Of a stretch of 64,000 nt of DNA, positions 18,318 through 26,378 are shown piece after piece. Location of the stretch: the IMG/VR virus record IMGVR_UViG_3300037424_000479; one strand, 5' to 3'. The stretch comes from a virus. Every line of letters begins with the position of its first letter. Positions within the stretch are counted from its first letter, which is position 1. The translations under genes were made by a program, and so were the position numbers. The notes under the pieces are model-generated. The model saw only the letters and a program-made list of their open reading frames with translations. It was not told the origin of the DNA and searched no databases.

Positions 18318-18377
18318 ATTATAGACTGGACTTGTTTTATATTATGTAGTATACTCTCTAATAAGGAGATTATAGAT

Positions 18378-18524
18378 ATGAATACGACATTAGACGACGC
18401 TTGCAAGGCACTACGGCACGCCATGGTACTTTCCGGCTCTATGGATTCTAATGACGTACAAAAAAAGCAAAAAATATACAATAAAGGAAAGACTCTTTTA
18501 GTCGTACGAGGGTCAAAAAAATGA
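18378..18524 (+). CDS. Hypothetical protein, 48 aa
   Basis: Start trimmed to MNTTLDD after AAGGAG; promoter TGGACT-17-TATACT upstream. Confidence 0.6.
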   Translation: MNTTLDDACKALRHAMVLSGSMDSNDVQKKQKIYNKGKTLLVVRGSKK

Positions 18525-18706
18525 TGATCAAAAAAACGTCGAAATTCTGGTATTATACCTATATACTGGACAATGTAACATATTACGGAATCCATATAGT
18601 CGGTCAAATTTTTAGACTATGCGGCGTCGAAGATTATCGTATATATGAAAAAATGTATACTACTTATTTTCCTTCCATTATTATAAACCGAGGGCGACGC
18701 GCATGA
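18521..18706 (+). CDS. Hypothetical protein
   Basis: Start/stop overlaps on both sides. Confidence 0.55.
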   Translation: MMIKKTSKFWYYTYILDNVTYYGIHIVGQIFRLCGVEDYRIYEKMYTTYFPSIIINRGRRA

Positions 18707-18858
18707 AAGCGGGCAAATTCTCTATTGTTGACCAAAAAGGTATGATTCTATTTACTGGCGATAATGCTAAAAAACTAAACAAGATACTACCGAATTTATG
18801 TATAGACGGAACGGCGCGTCTAGTGTATACTAGGCTATCAAATTCGAGGAAGGTTTAA
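18703..18858 (+). CDS. Hypothetical protein, 51 aa
   Basis: Manual translation MKAGKFSIVDQKG...; ATGA overlap. Confidence 0.5.
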   Translation: MKAGKFSIVDQKGMILFTGDNAKKLNKILPNLCIDGTARLVYTRLSNSRKV

Positions 18859-18860
18859 CT

Positions 18861-19448
18861 ATGCGTGAAATTACCACGGTTACGAAGGTGTACGAATTCG
18901 ACGAATTGGGCAAGAAAGCGCAAGAAAAGGCGCTAGCCGAGCTACACTATATAAACGTCGATTATGAGTGGCATGCTAATAGCATTGGCGATTTCATAAC
19001 CATTCTAGATAATATCGGCGTCGATACGTTGAAGGAAAATCTTCAGTTTTCTGGCTTTTCATCACAAGGCGACGGCCTGAGCTTTACCGGGTATTATTAC
19101 TATTGCAAAGGCGCGTTAGCATGGATAAAAAGCGAATGGCCTAAATGGACGGCGCTCCACAATGCCGTACTATCCTTACAAGAGATTCAACGAAAGCATT
19201 TTTATAGGATATCAGGTAATATAGTACGATATAATCATCGTTATTCTCATTCTAAAACGGTAGAATTCGAAGGTAGCGACTATAGTGAAGAAATCGAGCG
19301 AGAAATAACGGATATACTGCGCGATATCATGGATGCATTCTATAGGCAGTTAGACGAGGAGTACGATTATTTCACTAGCGACGAGTGCATAAAGGAGAGT
19401 ATATTCGCTAACGGATATGAATTCACTATAGAAGGGAAGATGATATGA
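18861..19448 (+). CDS. Conserved mobile-element protein (FSGFxSQGDG family), candidate anti-defence protein
   Basis: VYEFDEL...AQEKAL; FSGFSSQGDG; YRQLDEEYDYFTSDE...NGYEFT. Confidence 0.75.
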   Translation: MREITTVTKVYEFDELGKKAQEKALAELHYINVDYEWHANSIGDFITILDNIGVDTLKENLQFSGFSSQGDGLSFTGYYYYCKGALAWIKSEWPKWTALHNAVLSLQEIQRKHFYRISGNIVRYNHRYSHSKTVEFEGSDYSEEIEREITDILRDIMDAFYRQLDEEYDYFTSDECIKESIFANGYEFTIEGKMI

Positions 19449-19744
19449 TGACAACACAATATTCATATATAAAGGATATGTGTACTCATACACCTAAAGA
19501 AATAAAGAAATTCTATACTCGATATCGTAAGACTGATATTATGATGCTAACGCCGTACGCGCTCGCTTGCGGATATAAAGACGCATACATCAACGGCGCG
19601 TATAGTGTCACGGTATCCGGTATAGCGCCGTATAGAGTAGATATGCTATATAAAGATGATATTATATCATGTTATACTTTCTACTCGAAAAGAATTTCGG
19701 ATATACGAAAAAAGCAAATTCTTTATATCTTGATGATACGATAG
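19445..19744 (+). CDS. Hypothetical protein
   Basis: ATGA overlap. Confidence 0.6.
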   Translation: MMTTQYSYIKDMCTHTPKEIKKFYTRYRKTDIMMLTPYALACGYKDAYINGAYSVTVSGIAPYRVDMLYKDDIISCYTFYSKRISDIRKKQILYILMIR

Positions 19745-19758
19745 GGAGGAACAAGAAC

Positions 19759-20094
19759 ATGAAAGAATTCACCATATTAGACGCGGATAGAGCCGATATC
19801 TATTTTCTATTTGATCCTGAGGACATTCCGGCTCATATCGGCGCTTGTGATGATGATATCGCGGAATTCTACGATCGTCATCATGATATCATCGATACGA
19901 TACCGATAGCCTCGATAAAATCGGCCATAAAACAAATGGGAGCTTTCACGCCTGAAGAATTGGAGGAAAAAAGCGAGCGTTCATCAAGGGAATTCGCTTT
20001 ATGGCTCGCCGCGAATGATGCACTAGAGAATCGAGACAATGCCGAACAGATAGACGAATTCGGCCGTGTTGGTGCTAATCTATCGACGTACTAG
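19759..20094 (+). CDS. Conserved phage early-region hypothetical protein
   Basis: GACDDDIA...GAFTPEEL...LWLAANDALE; start trimmed after GGAGG. Confidence 0.7.
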   Translation: MKEFTILDADRADIYFLFDPEDIPAHIGACDDDIAEFYDRHHDIIDTIPIASIKSAIKQMGAFTPEELEEKSERSSREFALWLAANDALENRDNAEQIDEFGRVGANLSTY

Positions 20095-20141
20095 ACTAAT
20101 CTAGGATATTGTAGTATATTATACGTAAGGAGAGCAAAGCA

Positions 20142-20285
20142 ATGAAGGTAGTCAAGAGCATCAAGGATATCGAGGAAAATCTCGATTTCTACGCGACCCT
20201 CGATACGATACCGATACCGCTATCAAAGGTAGTCAAGTATCGCCGCAAGGGACATCGCCGTAACTATATAAGGGAAAGGAGCTAA
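20142..20285 (+). CDS. Hypothetical protein, 47 aa
   Basis: Promoter TAGACT-17-TATATT and SD AAGGAG upstream. Confidence 0.5.
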   Translation: MKVVKSIKDIEENLDFYATLDTIPIPLSKVVKYRRKGHRRNYIRERS

Positions 20286-20287
20286 TC

Positions 20288-20596
20288 ATGGCGCTCATAA
20301 TCGATCCAGGTCGTATTCGCCGTCAGTATCCAAGGCAGTCTAGCGCACAACCTATCGTAGCCGATTTCTACAATAATGGTATCGTAAGGGTACATTATAA
20401 CCCCGAGGTAGGAAACGCCGTACCATGCGACGTTGTTGAGCGCCTAACGCTCACTAAGGTACATACAAAAAAAGACGCCCAGGCATGGTATCGAAAGTAC
20501 AAATTCTATATCGAGGATATTCTCACCAAAATTAAACACGGCGAGAAATTCGGTGGCGAAATAATGGCATTAGACTATAAAAGTAATGTGATATGA
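20288..20596 (+). CDS. Hypothetical protein
   Basis: SD AAGGAG. Confidence 0.65.
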   Translation: MALIIDPGRIRRQYPRQSSAQPIVADFYNNGIVRVHYNPEVGNAVPCDVVERLTLTKVHTKKDAQAWYRKYKFYIEDILTKIKHGEKFGGEIMALDYKSNVI

Positions 20597-20895
20597 AAGT
20601 ATCCCTTTGTCTTCTACGTAGTAAAAAATTCGGTTCTTGTATTAGTACTACTGTTCAAAGTTTTAAACATAGGTATACGTCAACGAAGATTATAGAATTT
20701 AATCAACGTAAAGATATAAAACATTTAGATGGTAAAGTTTATAATTATAGTCAATCCGCCTATGCCGATCGCATATTCAACGAATTGCACGCGCTTTGGA
20801 TATCGCTAGAGTCTCTATGTATAGAATACCAGCAAGGCGATGATAGCGCATGCGATAGGATCAAAGCATACATTAAGGATATAGATATACGATAG
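20593..20895 (+). CDS. Hypothetical protein
   Basis: ATGA overlap. Confidence 0.55.
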   Translation: MKVSLCLLRSKKFGSCISTTVQSFKHRYTSTKIIEFNQRKDIKHLDGKVYNYSQSAYADRIFNELHALWISLESLCIEYQQGDDSACDRIKAYIKDIDIR

Positions 20896-20907
20896 GAGTA
20901 ATATAGT

Positions 20908-21171
20908 ATGATAGTATCCAAGACGGTATATGAGACTAATGACGGTATAGCGCACGCCACGTATAGGGACGCCACTGCATACATAGAAGATAAAGTACAA
21001 TCCGAGATTGATTGGATGCTAAAGCCCGCGTCCCTATCATCACATAGAGATATAATCACAGTAGTAACGTTTTTAGCCGGAGATATAAATAAGATTAAGC
21101 ATTTATACGATATATTAGGTACATGGCTACGTGGTATAGATAGCGCCGATATAGAGGAGGATACCGAGTAG
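20908..21171 (+). CDS. Hypothetical protein
   Basis: SD AGGAG; followed by terminator. Confidence 0.65.
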   Translation: MIVSKTVYETNDGIAHATYRDATAYIEDKVQSEIDWMLKPASLSSHRDIITVVTFLAGDINKIKHLYDILGTWLRGIDSADIEEDTE

Positions 21172-21196
21172 ACAGTATCCACAATATCTATATAGG

Positions 21197-21227
21197 TACC
21201 CTAGATTTAGTTCTAGGGTATTTTTTT
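21197..21227 (+). terminator. Rho-independent terminator ending the early block
   Basis: TACCCTAGA-TTTAGT-TCTAGGGTA plus T run. Confidence 0.85.
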
Positions 21228-21299
21228 GTATAATACTATTATGATATCAAAGTAATATCATAGGATAGGGAATTCATGCCAGTAAGGTGCAATCCTCTA

Positions 21300-22130
21300 G
21301 TATAATTCATATAGAAGCTAGTGAAGACAGTATATACAGTATATACAGTGGTAGTATATAGAGAAGTAGTAAGAATATGTAGAGTATAGAATATAATATA
21401 TAATAGAGAGGATATATAGTGCCTAACTTACTCTATACCTTTCTATTTTACTCACCTTATACACTTTCTACCTTATAAACTGCCTATATATACCCATATC
21501 TCCCATATAATGCCTTCTATTCTATTTATTTCACCTATATAGTCCCATATCCTCCATACTACCCTATATACTCACATTCCCTACACTATTCTCTATTATA
21601 TAGCCTTTATTCCTATGTATTCCCCATTATTCTCTCTATATACATAATACCGCCAATATACGTACATAGTCCATTATATAAGCGCTATTCTGTTTATCCC
21701 TATATATATCCCTATACTGTACTCTATATGAACTATCCTATGTTATACACTATATATACTGTACAATGCCACTATATAGGGCCGTGGTAGCATGGTAGGG
21801 AGTATAGATAGATGCTATGGGATTGTTTCATTGCGTGCGATGGTGAGATAGGGCGATGGTATAGCGTTGATATATATGATAGGGGAATGGAAAGAGGGGG
21901 GAGGGTATGCCCCTTGGCTACCCCACTGTCCCGTCTGCTCCGTATCGATCTAGTTTGAAACGCATATAGGGGTCTTTTTTCCTATACTGTTCTTTATCTC
22001 CTCTATATACCAAATTCACTCTACATTGTTTCCTATACCTGTATCTCCCAGTCTTTATGCTGTTTTTCACATATAGAATTCCCCCATACCCCTAAATACT
22101 CACTCTAAATTTTTCCAATTTTTTGCTCTT
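21300..22130. other. Non-coding low-complexity block with alternating G/C strand skew and CCTATA/CCATAT-like repeats
   Basis: 5 C in 21301-21420; 7 G in 21421-21660 (hand counts); no ORFs. Confidence 0.8.
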
Positions 22131-22199
22131 ATAGGGGTTGACGCTCAGATTTAATTATAGTACCTTCTATTCATCATACAGCGCATATAGGAGGTTTAT

Positions 22200-22583
22200 A
22201 TGATGATGATGATTCTAGGGTCTATAGAGATTGTTCTTCTGGCGGTGATTCTACTGGCGGTGATGGAGATATTCGCTTATATGAAGTCGTCACCGATTAC
22301 CCTATCGGTAAAGGATTATGAGGTAAAATTCAGGCCGCCCCAGCATTACGTGGATTGGACTCTGATACCTACGAGATATCGATGGGTGGCGATGGACGAA
22401 AATGGTGAGATATGGGGCTATAGTGGAGAAGCACCAAAGATAGATGAAGGGGATAATTACTGGTCTATTAACCTCAATACCGATCATATACAGATGGGTG
22501 ATAATGTAACCAATTCCTCTGCTATTCTCTTCACCCCGATGAATTGGCGTACATCGCTTATAGAGCGACCGGAGGGTATGTAA
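22200..22583 (+). CDS. Membrane-anchored hypothetical protein with Trp-rich phage domain
   Basis: N-terminal TM; VDWTLIP..YRWVAMDENG...WRTSLIERP. Confidence 0.75.
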   Translation: MMMMILGSIEIVLLAVILLAVMEIFAYMKSSPITLSVKDYEVKFRPPQHYVDWTLIPTRYRWVAMDENGEIWGYSGEAPKIDEGDNYWSINLNTDHIQMGDNVTNSSAILFTPMNWRTSLIERPEGM

Positions 22584-22937
22584 ATGATGCAGATAATATT
22601 CATATGGTTTCTATGCAGTGTCAGTTTTATGGGTGGGTTTATCCTATGTAGTCTCATAAAATCGGATAAGGATGCCTCTAAGCCTAAGGATTACATCGAC
22701 TGGTCAAAAGTACCTGAAGAGTATAATTGGGTAGCTGTTCAGCCTAGCGGATCGGTTTTTCAATTTCCCGAAGAACCAAATCATACCGCGAACGAAGATG
22801 ACCCCGATTGGTGGTATAACCCAAAATCGGCCTGTGAGCGGTATCAATTTGCAACACACGTTATTGATGACGCCATTATCGGCCCTCTTCCCCCGTGGAG
22901 AGAATCTTTAAGACATCGCCCAGGAGTGACAGTATGA
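22584..22937 (+). CDS. Paralog of 22200..22583
   Basis: N-terminal TM; IDWSKVP..YNWVAVQPSG...WRESLRHRP. Confidence 0.75.
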   Translation: MMQIIFIWFLCSVSFMGGFILCSLIKSDKDASKPKDYIDWSKVPEEYNWVAVQPSGSVFQFPEEPNHTANEDDPDWWYNPKSACERYQFATHVIDDAIIGPLPPWRESLRHRPGVTV

Positions 22938-23082
22938 AGATCAGCGATTTTATCGTAATTCGCAGAGCGGCAGGGCGTCCTGGGTGGTTCAGGATTCAGA
23001 GGGGTGGATATTGTAGTAATCATAAGCATATCTTCTATTGGGGACAGTGGGCGCTTGAGATAGGGCGTAAGGGGGTATGTAA

Positions 23083-23367
23083 ATGAGCGATTCGTGCGAC
23101 GGTTGTGTGCATGATAATATGGAGTCTCCTTGTAGTGTTTGTTCCGATTACGACAAGTGGGAGGCGCAGGATACTGACGAAGAAGCGTGGTTAGATAAAC
23201 GCGCCCTGGTTGCTATGCAGGGTATATTGAGCAACGTTGAGCATTTCGATTTTAGTAAGTATTTAGGAAGTACATATTATGAAGCGGTTAGTGAGTGTTC
23301 CTATGAATATGCTGAGGCTATGCTTGCAGAGAAAAAGAAGCGAATGAAGAAAGGGGATACTGTATGA
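23083..23367 (+). CDS. Conserved phage hypothetical protein
   Basis: ALVAMQGILSN...SYEYAEAMLAE motif. Confidence 0.7.
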   Translation: MSDSCDGCVHDNMESPCSVCSDYDKWEAQDTDEEAWLDKRALVAMQGILSNVEHFDFSKYLGSTYYEAVSECSYEYAEAMLAEKKKRMKKGDTV

Positions 23368-23741
23368 AGTTGACCAGAAAGCGCGCAAAAGAATTGGCTT
23401 CGATAATTAAGGCGTACGGCGATGGGGCGACAATCGAAGCCCCCTACCAGTTAAACAGGCAGAGGTGGGGGACTGTACGTGAACTATGTCTTATTGATGG
23501 TGATGATACTGTTTTTCGCATTAAGCCCACCCCTAAAATGCGCCAGATGACCCGTGGTGAAGTGCTGTACATAATAACGACTACGCCGGGGATGGTGGTG
23601 AGGTTTGAAGGTGGGGAGGCTTATCTTCCAAGGTCATTTAATTTTAGTGCTAGCATGACCGGCTACGAATACGCCATCATCGACCGCCACGGCAACCCCA
23701 TCGACGGCTGGCACAAATTTGAGATCGAGGATGAGAGCTAA
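23364..23741 (+). CDS. Hypothetical protein, paralog of 54117..54554
   Basis: Shared YAIIDxHGxPIDGWxKF C-terminus. Confidence 0.75.
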   Translation: MKLTRKRAKELASIIKAYGDGATIEAPYQLNRQRWGTVRELCLIDGDDTVFRIKPTPKMRQMTRGEVLYIITTTPGMVVRFEGGEAYLPRSFNFSASMTGYEYAIIDRHGNPIDGWHKFEIEDES

Positions 23742-23910
23742 TGCGCTCCGCTATATTCCTAGGTGCTCTTATGATAGGGCTGGCAATAAACACAGTGCCC
23801 CTAAGTGACGCCTTTTTTCACAGTATGTCAATTATAACTATTGTATTCTTTGTGATGGATGTGCTAGAATTGAGTTACAAAGGCAGAAAGCCTAATAAGG
23901 AGGTCTAAAG

Positions 23911-24357
23911 ATGTGTGATTTTATTTCGTGGATTGAAGTGGGTTCGGGTAAGACTCTCAAGCGCTATTGGCTTGAGGACGACATGATTCAGGCGAAGTGG
24001 CCGGATGCACCCATGTTTGACGAAATAGGTCACTCTGCTATAAAGGAGTACTATGGTGTTGATGGTAAGCACTGGGAATCTACCAAGCGTGTCCCTATTG
24101 AGATAGCAAAGCGTGTTAATGCAGGGAAGATGAGGGAAATGGCTAAGGCAGGGGGTGTATCCACTACCCCACGATTTTCTCTATTGACGGGACGCGCTCT
24201 AGCTGATGTAGAGGGGAATAGGATTAAGCGAGAAGAAAAGAAGAAGTATAAGGCGCTCTTTAAGAAGAATTTGAAATTCTGTAAAGAGGGTGCCTACGTG
24301 GTGCTTGGTGCTCATGAGCGCTTCTTTGTTCATGTGAGAATTGGAATTCTCACATGA
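23911..24357 (+). CDS. Hypothetical protein
   Basis: SD AAGGAGG; MCDFISW...GHSAIKEYY. Confidence 0.7.
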   Translation: MCDFISWIEVGSGKTLKRYWLEDDMIQAKWPDAPMFDEIGHSAIKEYYGVDGKHWESTKRVPIEIAKRVNAGKMREMAKAGGVSTTPRFSLLTGRALADVEGNRIKREEKKKYKALFKKNLKFCKEGAYVVLGAHERFFVHVRIGILT

Positions 24358-24548
24358 ACAAAGAGGTTGGAATGGTTACTATTATCTCTAATGTAGGTGC
24401 GCCAGAATCAGATGAATTTGATGCGTATGTAAAGGTAAAGAATAGTACATGGAATTGGCGCATTATTAACCTTAGGGAGGCTACTCCTGAAGAGATTGCG
24501 AAATACGAGAAGGATAAGAAGAGACGTAAGGCACGCGCAGGGGCGTAA
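24354..24548 (+). CDS. Hypothetical protein
   Basis: ATGA overlap. Confidence 0.55.
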   Translation: MNKEVGMVTIISNVGAPESDEFDAYVKVKNSTWNWRIINLREATPEEIAKYEKDKKRRKARAGA

Positions 24549-24804
24549 AAAGAAATGAGAAAAAGCATACAGCCCACTTGACTTATTGTCTGGTGGGTTG
24601 TATCTTATGTGTAAGAAATGACTGTAGGAGGTCAATATGGTAGGGTTAATAGTAATAAGTGTTTTGATGTTGTGCATGCCTATAGCGGCGGCGGTTCTTG
24701 TAATAAGCGAAATTGATGACTCCTCTGATTATGAAATACACATATCTATGGTGAAGGATGTATGCGATACATAGGCTCCTGGTACGTGGGAGGACTTTCT
24801 CGCC

Positions 24805-25032
24805 ATGTATGCGAAGTTTACGTGGGAGCAAAAGGTAGACTATCCTGAATCGCACTTCGCTACAAAAGATACGTTGCAGGAACGTACGCAAATACACGCC
24901 AGCATTATTCAGTTTAAGGGTGTTGGTATGATTCTAGATAAGAAGTCTTGGAAGAAGTTCCAGGTATGGCGTAAAGAACACCTGCTAATTCCAGGAGCTA
25001 AAAAAGCAGAGATAGATTGGAGCGATCTATGA
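24805..25032 (+). CDS. Hypothetical protein
   Basis: SD GGAGG. Confidence 0.55.
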   Translation: MYAKFTWEQKVDYPESHFATKDTLQERTQIHASIIQFKGVGMILDKKSWKKFQVWRKEHLLIPGAKKAEIDWSDL

Positions 25033-25487
25033 TCCTTGGAGAAACACCGTGTAAAGAAGCTTCATCCGAGAACACTTCAGATGAGGATATGAATTTGCAA
25101 CTGTATGAGAGTATATTGGAAGGGACAGGTCAACCCATACTTTCCTGGGTGTGGGATAGTGATGAGAAGCATAGAGCCCTTGGTTTTGTGCATAGGGTGA
25201 TGGTTTTATATACTACCTATGATGTAAAAAGTATACGTCGAAAGCAGTCAGGAACAAAAAGTGCGATTTGGAAACATGCAATCCCTGTAACGGATAAGGA
25301 ATACAAGTGGCTGTGCATCAAAAGTCTTCGTTTACCCATTGCAGGTCTTTTTGCTATAGGGTTATTGGTGATAATATGGCTTACGACTCTAGATACAGTC
25401 GGTCAACTCATAGGTACTGTTGTGGCGGCTATAGGGTCGATAGGTGCTATGATCCTAACTCTGAAAGGATGGTATAAGAATGACTAA
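25017..25487 (+). CDS. Hypothetical protein with two C-terminal TM helices
   Basis: Hydrophobic stretches near C-terminus. Confidence 0.6.
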   Translation: MERSMILGETPCKEASSENTSDEDMNLQLYESILEGTGQPILSWVWDSDEKHRALGFVHRVMVLYTTYDVKSIRRKQSGTKSAIWKHAIPVTDKEYKWLCIKSLRLPIAGLFAIGLLVIIWLTTLDTVGQLIGTVVAAIGSIGAMILTLKGWYKND

Positions 25488-25788
25488 GAGACAAGCTAAG
25501 AAAGAGACCCTTCTCGTATGGCGTTATTTGGCAGAGAATCCAAAGATAAGGGTTAAAGGAGCACTACCTCTTGAAATATACACTATTATCAAAGATTACT
25601 TTGCAAGGTGTCCTCTATGTGAGTATAAGGTTACAACGTACAGATTTGGCATAGACTGTTCTGGGTGCCCCTTAGAGAATGTAAACGCCTGTGATTGTTA
25701 TCTATACAGTCAATGGGCACATGCTAAAACAAATAAAGAGCGAGCGGAAGCCGCTCAGGTAATAGTAGATAAGGTTTCCGTGTGGTAA
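25480..25788 (+). CDS. Cys-rich hypothetical protein
   Basis: CPLCEY...CSGCPL motif. Confidence 0.7.
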   Translation: MTKRQAKKETLLVWRYLAENPKIRVKGALPLEIYTIIKDYFARCPLCEYKVTTYRFGIDCSGCPLENVNACDCYLYSQWAHAKTNKERAEAAQVIVDKVSVW

Positions 25789-25809
25789 TCCACAGAAAGA
25801 AGGTGAGAG

Positions 25810-26025
25810 ATGACGAGTAGTGATTGGGTTCCTATAGAGGAATATCTACCGGTTGAAGGAGAATCCGTATTGGCTACTGGATGGGATTATGATAAGCCAG
25901 GATATCATAGGCACACAGTAGTATGTCAATTTCGTTCAGGGCAGTTTCTATCCGAGATTATGGAGGAGCGATGTGAGGTCGCGGAATTCATAACTCACTG
26001 GATGCCTATAATTCTTCCTGAATAA
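25810..26025 (+). CDS. DUF551-like protein
   Basis: DWVPIEEYLP...VLATG...ITHWMPI. Confidence 0.8.
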   Translation: MTSSDWVPIEEYLPVEGESVLATGWDYDKPGYHRHTVVCQFRSGQFLSEIMEERCEVAEFITHWMPIILPE

Positions 26026-26073
26026 AGGCTTGACTATTTAGAACACTTTAGAGTATATTATAGGTAAGACAAT

Positions 26074-26313
26074 ATGAAGGAGAGTACAATGGATGTAAAT
26101 GAGGTATTTGCTAATGCAGAATCGAAGTTGGCTTGGGAGACTGCCCGTTCCGAACTATTTAACGCTTTTGACCAGATGTACAAAAACACCCCCATGCCTT
26201 TGATTCTCCCTACCGCGCAGGATGCTATGGCTCATAGTTGTGGTGGAAGACGCTCGGATGCCACGGTAGAGCATTTTTTCAGAGAATGGAAAGACATAAG
26301 AAAATATAACTAG
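26074..26313 (+). CDS. Hypothetical protein
   Basis: Own promoter TTGACT-18-TATATT at 26030-26059. Confidence 0.6.
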   Translation: MKESTMDVNEVFANAESKLAWETARSELFNAFDQMYKNTPMPLILPTAQDAMAHSCGGRRSDATVEHFFREWKDIRKYN

Positions 26314-26319
26314 TCTTAC

Positions 26320-26378
26320 TTGACAAATTCAACAGAGCCCCCATATAATATAGGGATAAACCTATATATGGGGGCTCT
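26320..26378 (+). promoter_or_regulatory. terL promoter overlapped by a 14-bp perfect inverted repeat
   Basis: TTGACA-18-TATAAT; AGAGCCCCCATATA (26334) / TATATGGGGGCTCT (26365). Confidence 0.75.

Noticed and set aside
21262-21300. AGGGAA...GGTGCAATCC resembling a cobalamin riboswitch or tRNA T-loop
   Set aside because: No B12 box or ACTG core, no cloverleaf
21845-21880. GGCGATGGT resembling a fluoride riboswitch start
   Set aside because: Pairing partner and downstream conserved residues are absent
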